Positions 48,501 to 56,282 of a stretch of DNA of 64,000 nt are shown here, one piece after another. The position numbers were made by a program, and so were the translations under genes. The stretch's first letter is position 1, and each line of letters starts with the position of its first letter. Origin of the DNA: Verrucomicrobiota bacterium (lineage in GTDB: Bacteria > Chlamydiota > Chlamydiia > Chlamydiales > JAEYWL01); the NCBI GenBank assembly GCA_023428915.1, contig JAEYWL010000010.1:3357-67356 (forward strand), written 5' to 3'. Under the pieces are notes generated by a model. It searched no databases and was not told the origin of the DNA. It worked only from the letters and a program-made list of their open reading frames with translations.

Positions 48501-50802
48501 TAAACAAATGCATTTTTGTATATTGCGCATCGCTTTAACACATTCCAATCCTAAATTTGCTTTATGCTATAAGTTGATTAGCGATCTTATCTCTTTTTCT
48601 ACGCTGGTTTTTGATTTGCATGAGCTTTGCGAGCTACTTGAACATCATAATACCAAAGTATTGTTTCGCGATTTTCCCAATGCTATTTCTCTGCTTAAAA
48701 TTCGATTGTTAAATAAATTACCAATTCAACATGAGCATTATTCGCTGCTGCTTGCACATTTAGTGAATGTTTGTTTCAATCTCAATGATTATAGAATTGA
48801 TATACAGACCAGATTGGAAATTGCTTATTTATTATTAGCAGCCAGAAAGCAGACTGCTTCGTTAAGGCAAAGCGAGGTACTCAGAAATGCTGTACTGGCA
48901 AACCATGAAAGTATAAGAAAAATTTTAGTTCTATCACAGGAGTATGAAGCCCTTCTGCAATATCAGGCATATTTGCAAATTGCTAAAATAGGATTTCCTG
49001 AAGACTGGCACATTTCAACTTTAAACATAGCAATAGACTTTTTAAATAAAGGACATTCCACAGATAATTTTCTCGAATCCCTGCATCAATACCTGGCAAG
49101 TGACCATCCCGTTATCAAAGAAAAAAAACTTGTGCAAGTTTATCAAGTTTTTGAGTTGCTAATTAGTCAAAAAAGCTCTGAAAAACATTGTTACTATTTT
49201 GAGTTGCTAATTAGTCAAAAAAAAAGCTCTGAAAGATATAGCTACTATATTGAAGAAATTGTAAATAGAATTGAAGAGCAGAATATAAAGGAAAAAAAAC
49301 AGCTACAGTTGCCAGACGAGTTGACATCAGCTATTTTTTCTTATTATTCCTCCTTGCTATTCAATGCAGTTCATGAATTTGAGACATGCTTAGCCCCGCT
49401 TTTTGCATTGCGTATAAAAAAAGTAGCTTCTGAAAAGAAACTACTAGCTGAGTGGATAAATTTGATTGAAAGAGCTCAAAAAAATCAACAATGGCATCTA
49501 TTATTGATTATTTATCTGGAGTTAAATAATTTTAGAGAGTTGAAGTTAAGCATAAAAGAAAAGAGTTCGATCCGCAAGGCATTCACCAAAATTCTTAAAG
49601 GTAAACCATCAGCACTGGAAATTTCTACTGTCCTGAAAGCATTACCGCAATTTATGGGTTATGTAAATAATTATTGGGCGCAGGTATTTCAATTAGTGGC
49701 CAGTCACCCTAGGGAGTTTGAAAATTTACTATCCCAATTATGGTTAACTTTGGAGTCTTTGGAGTCATCTAAAGAAAAAAAAATTGTATTTCGGGAAGCT
49801 TCGCAATTTTGCTGGATTACAGCGATTAAGCATTATAGAAGATCAAAACAAAATGGAATGAGCGATCCTCACGTGGTTAATTTTTTAACTGCGATATATA
49901 ACCCTGAAAAAGCATTCCATCATTTTTTTCCTGTAAATACACAACCTGGAGTGTTAAGTGAAGCGTACCATGTGCTAATTGAAAGAGCTATAAATTTGAC
50001 TTCAGGTTCTGCATTATTTGATGAAACTCTTATTAGCAAAATTTTAGAATTAAAGGCTAAATTCGATGATTTTTTTCAGACAGTGACGGGGAAAGAGATT
50101 AATCCCGCAATTATACAAAGAATAATAAAAAAATACCCTTCTTTTCTAATTCCGCAATCAGTTCTTACAAAGAAACTCATAGGTAAAAAGGTTAAGATTT
50201 GCGCTCTTCTTTTTTCAGCTTTAAAAAATAGAAATAAGGATAAAGCTTGTGAAATTGGGCAAGAGTTATTGGAATATCAAGCACTAATTCAAAAGTCCAA
50301 TTTGGAGACTATAAAACAATCTAGCGAGAACTTGTTCATAAAGTACTTTGTAGAATATTTGCAGTTATTAAACTCGGCAAGCGATGATGTCAGAAACAGG
50401 CATATGAAAATAATTCATTTTCCAATTTGCTTTGCTTTTTATGAAACGATGACTTTAAAAGTCCGTCTTAATCTGATTAGATGTTTTTTAGAGCTTTATA
50501 AAGATTCCAGCTCCGCAACTTTTCACATGGAAAGATTAATTGTTTTAGAAGCATGCAAGCATTTAGAATTAGTGCTGCAAGAATTTATCAAAAGGAAACC
50601 CGATCCAACGGAAGTAGGATTAGTCAAAAACATCCTTATTAAAATAACTAATATTTGCGAGGAGGATTATTATTTGGCCGGCCATAAATGGGTATATTCT
50701 ATATTAGATGGAAAATATTATACTGCTAAGTGCCATTTTCTTACTTATACTGAAATTTACAAAATGCAAAACTTAGCAATATCAGCTTGCCAAATCCAAT
50801 AA
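45571..50802 (+). CDS. Giant orphan protein (1743 aa), alpha-helical, AT-rich gene
   Basis: Uninterrupted 5.2-kb ORF. The Leu/Lys/Phe/Ile-rich helical composition carries no motif I recognise. The gene is visibly more AT-rich than the flanking housekeeping genes. Confidence 0.7.
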   Translation: MQVRKSLDATNWQLIEEPPKLPPKIKRPCPYSERKGDLVAHRFRGAGVYTAEDELQEQHLAKSIIPLEGEGVFYLTRQLFEKHTSTVQVLLSQLKLDNGNWQGEKEIVYTWSPIGLLLYLLFEFPNISISVKGSIVRKAQACNNNNWYRCFVDTLFPNLSLQLPSSVFTREASLSPLCKHDVDVSIKAESAAEEEALATLFVHYIAMRCFDESNIPIAVCTQLPKQAPLFENYKPIRPNGLVSKSHCTLISVAGVDQYGLIRNIDAVISSFLDPGFLATHDNAALLLELLDLAKMILQENPGLMVLPKRQRYEKLGELLRKKFPTSLQLIGEAGSPKQAVCSQLTRRYAIEELEKRNGKVCFEIYYLATRDRLCDTVGAGVYLLKRIFFEAQKNRKFEYYLGLCRTVMGNHHIHTSPLNFLCYGFTCCAYLEEARVNCEVAVDEAFINDIWENFFSFRILSKDLRASLITYFESATKNSSNLMQLIYKASTEGFSFRRLLFLVKLRGLFELLKTQNDLGVMLTFQCGDNCIQIPVWDEKGTCTLIVPFIKAADFENWRAEEFAAFHTDQLNILTTVPAQSTPDFSNQPQLVRNAEKMRQFDWESLIESLEQVSLISPLPIQIVCKKLLIYIFVHQQENLSIKKFLCAFPSLFFETDFLPVLEKFSAAKSIANLIDFCDANKKITSNKALIFNYLNWLSGQETEVVAEVILTIFKRNHNIFSANKLKEYICNVCKKNSLLALKLFLCMHEQKKFKPAIELELAEYIFGQRERLVENELNEFYCLLLPFLHKKCHRVDPQKYSEENRSVRRFIETIFSASYCTAPDEFLYSLACEGLRHDCLTSFSRVAEYLDRRLERLISQQARQLSNLIRCLQLIVTYKLDPLPLFRSKWERVKMQVTTLLLHTYSKEEAQNILNTIFYEPEKVIEVDEKDLLELFTANNYEGIYRIVNLQRFTILDDSRKLYWLETFAQLPVCSGSKQMHFCILRIALTHSNPKFALCYKLISDLISFSTLVFDLHELCELLEHHNTKVLFRDFPNAISLLKIRLLNKLPIQHEHYSLLLAHLVNVCFNLNDYRIDIQTRLEIAYLLLAARKQTASLRQSEVLRNAVLANHESIRKILVLSQEYEALLQYQAYLQIAKIGFPEDWHISTLNIAIDFLNKGHSTDNFLESLHQYLASDHPVIKEKKLVQVYQVFELLISQKSSEKHCYYFELLISQKKSSERYSYYIEEIVNRIEEQNIKEKKQLQLPDELTSAIFSYYSSLLFNAVHEFETCLAPLFALRIKKVASEKKLLAEWINLIERAQKNQQWHLLLIIYLELNNFRELKLSIKEKSSIRKAFTKILKGKPSALEISTVLKALPQFMGYVNNYWAQVFQLVASHPREFENLLSQLWLTLESLESSKEKKIVFREASQFCWITAIKHYRRSKQNGMSDPHVVNFLTAIYNPEKAFHHFFPVNTQPGVLSEAYHVLIERAINLTSGSALFDETLISKILELKAKFDDFFQTVTGKEINPAIIQRIIKKYPSFLIPQSVLTKKLIGKKVKICALLFSALKNRNKDKACEIGQELLEYQALIQKSNLETIKQSSENLFIKYFVEYLQLLNSASDDVRNRHMKIIHFPICFAFYETMTLKVRLNLIRCFLELYKDSSSATFHMERLIVLEACKHLELVLQEFIKRKPDPTEVGLVKNILIKITNICEEDYYLAGHKWVYSILDGKYYTAKCHFLTYTEIYKMQNLAISACQIQ
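49150..49248 (+). repeat. In-frame tandem duplication inside the giant ORF (48-nt and 51-nt units differing at a poly-A tract)
   Basis: TTTGAGTTGCTAATTAGTCAAAAAAGCTCTGAAA... occurs twice. It encodes FELLISQKSSEKHCYY / FELLISQKKSSERYSYY, with A6 in one unit and A9 in the other. Confidence 0.85.
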
Positions 50803-50842
50803 AGTAAATACTAAGTAACAATTAAAAAAAGGTGAAAAAACA

Positions 50843-51190
50843 ATGAATGAGTTGCCAAAATGTGTAAATTGCGGTTCTGATTACACTTACCAAGATCTAG
50901 AATTGTATATATGTCCTGAATGCGGTCATGAGTGGCCGAAGGGCGCTGTAAAAGAAAGCCTTGAAAAAGAGCAAGTTGTAAAAGACGCCTATGGAAATAT
51001 ACTGCATGACGGCGATGACGTAACCATCATCAAGGATATTAAAGTAAAAGGGGCATCGTCAGTAATCAAGGTTGGCGTTAAAGTGAAAGGCATTCGTATA
51101 GTTGATGAAGTCAATGGGCATAATATAGAGGCTAAAGTCCCTGGCTTTGGTCTGATGATGCTCAAATCCGAGATCGTCAAAAAAACTTAA
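50843..51190 (+). CDS. yjdM: Zinc-ribbon protein YjdM/PhnA family
   Basis: 115 aa with the N-terminal CxxC...CxxC ribbon (CVNCGS..CPECGH). The C-terminal PhnA-type SH3-like block is VKDAYGNILHDGDDVTIIKDIKVKG. Confidence 0.85.
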   Translation: MNELPKCVNCGSDYTYQDLELYICPECGHEWPKGAVKESLEKEQVVKDAYGNILHDGDDVTIIKDIKVKGASSVIKVGVKVKGIRIVDEVNGHNIEAKVPGFGLMMLKSEIVKKT

Positions 51191-51224
51191 TCAGGTGATG
51201 ATATCCGAACAACAATCCATTGGC

Positions 51225-51290
51225 GCTTAGTCCATTAAGTCTATAAGGTCCCTGGCGTCCTTATCGTCCATTGTGTCCCTTTAAGCGCCA
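51225..51290. repeat. Third copy of the 9-bp-periodic repeat element, bounded by 9-bp inverted termini
   Basis: GCTTAGTCC ATTAAGTCT ATAAGGTCC CTGGCGTCC TTATCGTCC ATTGTGTCC matches unit 6616-6679. The termini are TGGCGCTTA and TAAGCGCCA. It lies in a convergent intergenic region. Confidence 0.8.
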
Positions 51291-51300
51291 AATTAATTCT

Positions 51301-52281
51301 TTAGTGTACGGAGGTTAACTCAATCCAATAAGCTGCCATTTCAGGAGAAAGGAAATTTGTGATTCCTGTGTAGTTTGGAAAGATATTATTGTACTCGGTA
51401 TCAATGAACGCAAATTTTCCTGTTTGCGTATAAGGGACATTGTCTGGTCGATAACTAGAACCGCCTACATAATTTACAATAGCAAATAACTCATCTAGAT
51501 GTTCACGTGTAATAAGTGTTTTCCAAGCATGTAAATTATCATCATAAGGTACTAATGGCACTTCTTCTACCAGCAAGATTTCATTCTTATTAGCTGCATT
51601 GGAAGTTTCTGCATCCGGCAATACATAAATCCATTTTTGCGGAGCTGAAAAATACTTAAAATTTCTAGCGGCAATAATCCGGCGTATTTTCTTCGAATTC
51701 TTTACACGTTGTGAAAACCATTGCCATGCCGGCTTGTTTTTGTAGTTGATCGTCCAACAGTCAAGATAGGCTTTTACTAAATAACCTGGCAAGCTGGGAT
51801 GCTTGCCAATTTGAATAAATTGTTCAGGTCTTGTTACAACAAATTGAAAACCTGCCTGTCTAAAAGTATCTTTGTTTTTTAATACCTGAAATGGCTGTGT
51901 AAAAATTTGATCAAGTGCAGGCTTGGCGGGATGATTTGCGGGCAGCAAGTAAGGGCGGATGGTTTTTCTTTCTTCCTTGGTAAGCATGCAAAGCCATTTG
52001 GCATGTTCAATATAAGGAAGGGCATCAGCCGGAAGTCCGATTTGAATAAAATTAGAGGCTTCTTCAAGACTGCAATAGAGTTCATCTTCCAGATCGCTTT
52101 CTTTTAAAATACTCTCTTGACTATGGAATTGTTCTAAAATGTTTGCAAGCGAGGTAGGAAAATCAACGTCTCCAGGATAAAGATTTTCTATTTCCTGAAT
52201 TAAAGTACGCTGTGTAATAAATGCGTGCAGTGAAAGTGTTGCGCACAAAAAACATGTAAGAAAAAATTGCATCATAAGCAC
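51301..52281 (-). CDS. Secreted hypothetical protein with a possible atypical kinase-like core
   Basis: 326 aa with a signal peptide. Candidate motifs are PGYLVKAY (beta3 Lys), ILLVEEV (hinge), YRPDNVPYT (catalytic-loop-like) and FAFIDTEY (DFG-equivalent). It is the last gene of the operon. Confidence 0.4.
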   Translation of the reverse strand: MLMMQFFLTCFLCATLSLHAFITQRTLIQEIENLYPGDVDFPTSLANILEQFHSQESILKESDLEDELYCSLEEASNFIQIGLPADALPYIEHAKWLCMLTKEERKTIRPYLLPANHPAKPALDQIFTQPFQVLKNKDTFRQAGFQFVVTRPEQFIQIGKHPSLPGYLVKAYLDCWTINYKNKPAWQWFSQRVKNSKKIRRIIAARNFKYFSAPQKWIYVLPDAETSNAANKNEILLVEEVPLVPYDDNLHAWKTLITREHLDELFAIVNYVGGSSYRPDNVPYTQTGKFAFIDTEYNNIFPNYTGITNFLSPEMAAYWIELTSVH

Positions 52282-52289
52282 CTAAATAT

Positions 52290-54125
52290 TTAATAAATGT
52301 ATTCTCCGGCAATATCTCTTTTACCGTAACCATCTAGCACATGAAATGTGCGAATTTTGTTCAAGGTAACAGGTGAAAGCTGGCCTAGTGGAATATACAC
52401 GATTTTCTTTCCATAACGGCGAGCAAAATTTTTTAAAAGCGTCCTTGGCGGCGAAGCAGCAACATAGACGATCAACGGTTTAACGGCATAATCAATGGCT
52501 GCTGCCAGCAGCACCTCGGCTTTATCTTTAAAAGCGCTATAATCAGGGTCTGACCAGACATCGAACATTCTACGCGGGGGATAGGACATCATAAACCCGC
52601 CATATTCGCAACGGCTGATCCCAGGCCCTATCACTTGGTTGGTTGCCGGAGTTGCATAAAAAGCCATGTCTGACTCTTGCTGGTGCTCCCCTAGCCAGGT
52701 AGCTTTCCACGAGTATTTGTTTTTTTCGGGGGAAATTTCCTCTTCCTTTTCTCCATGAAAAACAACCACGATAGAGCCTACTCCGCCGGGAGGTTTGCCG
52801 CGGGACTTCACATAGAGTTTATGCTCCGCCCAATGCCGAATAGTTTCACGAGTATCAAGCCCATCTTCCAAGCTGCTGGAAAAAGGGATTGTACGGGCAG
52901 ATTCTTCTGATAAAAGTTGCGTTCCTTTTTTTTGCAAGAATTTGCCGAAATTTTCAATAATCAAATCTTCTGGAGGATAAGAGCAAATTGCAAAAGGCCC
53001 CGGCGGCTTAAATTGCATGCCCGAGCGGTCCTTTCGCCTATGTCTAAAGAGGGGATCTTTCCGTCCTGGAGAGCGGAGATGAAATTTAATAAGTTTGCTA
53101 TTGCCCCAGATCTGTTCGCTTGAGACTTGCATTTCAGGAAGATTGTCGATGTTTTTTTTGTAGGGGTATTCTGTGGCCAATTCCCACGTTTCGTAGGCAT
53201 AGTTGTGGTCGACACAGCCTTTTGCAGCATTCAGTATCTTAAATAGGTCTGGCATTAAACGTCCGTGAAGCCAGGCGTAATTGCGCACAAACTTCATGAC
53301 ATTGCGATAGTTATATCCGGGAAAAGGATTGCCGGTCCGCTGGCGATAATTTTCGGCGGCGGCTTTATAAAGCTGCAATAACAATTGCTGCCTGTCAAGC
53401 AGGCGAGCCGCTTTTACCCCATCTTGCATTAAATCCTCGCGCCATTTTTCATAGTGCCGGCTAAACCAGCCTGGCTCCGCTAACACCTCCCGCATGGACA
53501 TGTCTGTAATGGTTTGCAGCGAAATTGAAAATTTAATGTCCGGTTGAAATTCAGGAAATGTTGTTTGCCCCATGAGATTCAGGACTCTTTGCAAGTGGAA
53601 CATGCCGCATACAAAGAAAACCTTATCGTAAGAGTAAGATAGAGCTTTTAATTGCTTGGCCATATACAGCTCGCGCAGCTCGTCTTCTTTACTGGCAGCC
53701 TCTTTTTTGCCAAGTTTTAAATAGGCGTTGTAATAAGCTTGTAAACCGATCTTAGTAATAGAATAAGAATCGGGATAGGCTTCGTAATGCTCTTTATAGC
53801 CGGCTACATCTAAATCAATGCAGAAGGCTGGAATTTTTCTTTCAAGGGCTGAGCGCAAAGCTTCAAAAGTTCCCTCTGAAGGTTCTGCAAGATAATAAGT
53901 ATTGCTGAAATCCTCAGCTTCTGCGGCCACTAAACTAATGTCCGGCAATCTAGAGGCGGCATGCAGCATTTGTAAATGCATAGTTTTGGGAAGCTCAACA
54001 GCCGCGCAGTCAGGTTTCAGCTCTTCAAAAGCAAGCTTTACCTGTGCCGCAAATTCCATGTTATAGTGCAAGATCGGCACGGCATATATATTGCCCCGCT
54101 GCACAAAAAAAGGTGTAGGTTTCAT
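52290..54125 (-). CDS. 611-aa protein of unknown function, N-terminus TraB/GumN/DUF5682-like
   Basis: The N-terminal pattern IYAVPILHYNMEFAAQVKLAFEELKPDCAAVELP resembles the start of TraB-family and DUF5682 proteins. No VWA MIDAS motif was seen. There is a 2-nt gap to the AAA+ gene. Confidence 0.45.
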   Translation of the reverse strand: MKPTPFFVQRGNIYAVPILHYNMEFAAQVKLAFEELKPDCAAVELPKTMHLQMLHAASRLPDISLVAAEAEDFSNTYYLAEPSEGTFEALRSALERKIPAFCIDLDVAGYKEHYEAYPDSYSITKIGLQAYYNAYLKLGKKEAASKEDELRELYMAKQLKALSYSYDKVFFVCGMFHLQRVLNLMGQTTFPEFQPDIKFSISLQTITDMSMREVLAEPGWFSRHYEKWREDLMQDGVKAARLLDRQQLLLQLYKAAAENYRQRTGNPFPGYNYRNVMKFVRNYAWLHGRLMPDLFKILNAAKGCVDHNYAYETWELATEYPYKKNIDNLPEMQVSSEQIWGNSKLIKFHLRSPGRKDPLFRHRRKDRSGMQFKPPGPFAICSYPPEDLIIENFGKFLQKKGTQLLSEESARTIPFSSSLEDGLDTRETIRHWAEHKLYVKSRGKPPGGVGSIVVVFHGEKEEEISPEKNKYSWKATWLGEHQQESDMAFYATPATNQVIGPGISRCEYGGFMMSYPPRRMFDVWSDPDYSAFKDKAEVLLAAAIDYAVKPLIVYVAASPPRTLLKNFARRYGKKIVYIPLGQLSPVTLNKIRTFHVLDGYGKRDIAGEYIY

Positions 54126-54127
54126 GG

Positions 54128-54979
54128 CTATGAAAAGGGGAGGTAGGCTAAGGCTTCATCGCCAAGGGTCATTACTATGGCTTGCCGTATCAATGATTCC
54201 TTGTCAGCTTTGCCGCCAAGGCTTTTTATACGTTTGGCTGCATAGCGGGCAATATTAATTCCATCCCTGATGGTGTAGCTTTCTTGGCTTGCGTGCGCGC
54301 GCTGTAAAAAGTCCACCACATAACTCATGATATGCTCTTCAATAAAGGGAAGGTTCTCCTTTAAAATTCTGCGCTCTTCATCGGCTTCTGGAAAATCCAA
54401 ATAGATTTGCGGCTGCAGACGGCTGTGAATATATTCTGGGATTTCAAAAGTAGAGGCGTCATCATTCATAGTAACGCAAATGCGAAAATCTTTGTGGGCA
54501 TGTACCTTCAAGCCTGCCGCAATCGATTCAATATACCGGCGGGTGTCCAGCAAGGGTGCCAATGAGGCCCAAGATTTTTCGCTCATTCTGTTGGCCTCAT
54601 CCAAAATACACACGCCTCCGCTAATCATTGCGGAAACCAATGCAGAGGCGACATAGCGGATGCCGCCGGCTTTATCCACTACGGGTGTAATCAATAAGTC
54701 TTCCGGGCGTGTATCCATCGTGCACTGGTAGATGTAAACCGGATGGTTGATTCTCTTGGCTGCAGCATAAGCCAGCGTAGTCTTGCCCACGCCTGGTTTG
54801 CCAATTAAGCGGGGATTCAAAGGGATGTCCTTTTCATCGACTACCATCCAGGCTGCTAACAATTGTTCCAAAACATCTTGCTGCCCGATCCATTCAAACT
54901 GGAACTCATCGGGAAAACCAAGAGCCAGCTCCACTCCGTCAATTACGACTCTCTTTTCTTGTCCATCCGAACTACTCAT
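54128..54979 (-). CDS. MoxR/CbbQ-like AAA+ ATPase (AAA_5-type)
   Basis: 283 aa with Walker A GKPGVGKTTLA and Walker B VCILDEANRM. It has the MoxR-like single AAA module architecture. Confidence 0.8.
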   Translation of the reverse strand: MSSSDGQEKRVVIDGVELALGFPDEFQFEWIGQQDVLEQLLAAWMVVDEKDIPLNPRLIGKPGVGKTTLAYAAAKRINHPVYIYQCTMDTRPEDLLITPVVDKAGGIRYVASALVSAMISGGVCILDEANRMSEKSWASLAPLLDTRRYIESIAAGLKVHAHKDFRICVTMNDDASTFEIPEYIHSRLQPQIYLDFPEADEERRILKENLPFIEEHIMSYVVDFLQRAHASQESYTIRDGINIARYAAKRIKSLGGKADKESLIRQAIVMTLGDEALAYLPFS

Positions 54980-54987
54980 GATCTGTC

Positions 54988-55755
54988 CTATTTTCTTGTT
55001 GCTTTATCCGAGCCATACAATAGAGAGGCATTGGCAATATTTTCCCGGGCATTAGGAAATGCTTCCTGAATCTCATCTAACAATTTATCGACTTGCCGCC
55101 GCATAGAATTCTGTCCTACAGGGCAGCGGCATGTGATGCGTGCAAAACCCTGCTGCCTGGCAAAGGTGCGAATGTCTGCTTCAGCAATATAAATCAAAGG
55201 ACGAATAATCGTCACCCCATAGTCGTGCATATGGATTTTCGGCAGATTGCCGGCAAATTCCCCCTTATGCAAAAGATTCATAAGCAAAGTCTGGGCATTA
55301 TCGTCCCTATGGTGCCCAAAAGCGATAATATTGGCGCCGCATTCTTTGGCTGCATCAAAAAGCAATCTGCGCCTTTCTCGGGAACAGCTGTAGCACTCCA
55401 GGGTTTCCAGTTTCTGCGCCGATTGCCGCTCGATGAAAGGCACATCCAAAGCTGTGCAAATCCCCTTTAGGTAATCCAAATTAACGCCGGCGCCGCAGGA
55501 AAACTCGCCGCTTACATGCACTGCGAATAACTTAAACGGGGGAAAGCCCCTGCCTGAAATGGCGTGTAAAAGAAATAAAAGCGCTAGACTGTCTTTACCG
55601 CCGCTTAAGGCTATGGCAACAGGGTTGTCATCTTGAATCATCCCAAAGTCAAATAGAGCCTTGCGGCAGGCGCTCTCTAAGCGCTTGCCAAGGCCAGACC
55701 ATGGCGGCCTGGCAATCGGCAGCCCGGCTTGTTCCGTATTTTCCATAATTTTCAA
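54988..55755 (-). CDS. ttcA: PP-loop ATPase, TtcA-like tRNA thiolation family
   Basis: 255 aa with PP-loop IALSGGKDSLALL. It has CYSCSRERRRL and FGHHRDDNAQTLLMNL as in TtcA, plus C-terminal CRCPVG cysteines. Confidence 0.65.
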   Translation of the reverse strand: MKIMENTEQAGLPIARPPWSGLGKRLESACRKALFDFGMIQDDNPVAIALSGGKDSLALLFLLHAISGRGFPPFKLFAVHVSGEFSCGAGVNLDYLKGICTALDVPFIERQSAQKLETLECYSCSRERRRLLFDAAKECGANIIAFGHHRDDNAQTLLMNLLHKGEFAGNLPKIHMHDYGVTIIRPLIYIAEADIRTFARQQGFARITCRCPVGQNSMRRQVDKLLDEIQEAFPNARENIANASLLYGSDKATRK

Positions 55756-55851
55756 CTCTGTAAATTAAATGCCTAATCAGTTTATAATCTAAGAGTAAGC
55801 ATGTCAAGAAGGCATAATCACAAATAATTCACATATATTACAGAGGTTCAC

Positions 55852-56127
55852 ATGTCAAATCAACCAGGACGTAATGATCCTTGCCCATGCGGCTCCGGAA
55901 AAAAATACAAAGCCTGCTGCTGGTCCAAGCAGCTTCCAAAAGCAAGAAAACCCCTGAATGCAAAATTATTAAGCTCGGGCGCCTCGGCATCTAATTTAAT
56001 GGGCCGTGTCTATGGCGGCTCCATGAATGCTCCTAAATTGCCTGAGCCTGAGCAGGCTGAGCAGCAAACACATGCTGAAATGCCTGAGAGCAGCTCTGTA
56101 GAAAGCAGTCAAGCTGAATCAAAATAA
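55852..56127 (+). CDS. SEC-C motif-containing small protein
   Basis: 91 aa. The N-terminal [18 protein letters not shown] is the SEC-C metal-binding motif. The tail is low-complexity. Confidence 0.7.
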   Translation: MSNQPGRNDPCPCGSGKKYKACCWSKQLPKARKPLNAKLLSSGASASNLMGRVYGGSMNAPKLPEPEQAEQQTHAEMPESSSVESSQAESK

Positions 56128-56169
56128 AACCTGTCGAGGATTGTGCCAGAAGTTTAAATTACAATTTTG

Positions 56170-56199
56170 TTGTGCGAAATTAAAAGCTTCTGGTATAAA
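56170..56199 (+). promoter_or_regulatory. Candidate sigma70-type promoter for the tRNA pair
   Basis: TTGTGC - 18 nt - TGGTATAAA (extended -10) ends about 10 nt before tRNA-Thr. Confidence 0.35.
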
Positions 56200-56209
56200 T
56201 GTCCTTTCT

Positions 56210-56282
56210 GCTGACATAGCTCAATTGGTAGAGCACCCGACTTGTAATCGGGCGGTTGTGGGTTCAATTCCTACTGTCAGCA
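56210..56282 (+). tRNA. tRNA-Thr (anticodon UGU)
   Basis: Manual cloverleaf fold: acceptor GCTGACA/TGTCAGC, D arm GCTC/GAGC, anticodon stem CCCGA/TCGGG with loop CTTGTAA, and T arm GTGGG-TTCAATT-CCTAC. It is 73 nt with no encoded CCA. Confidence 0.9.
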
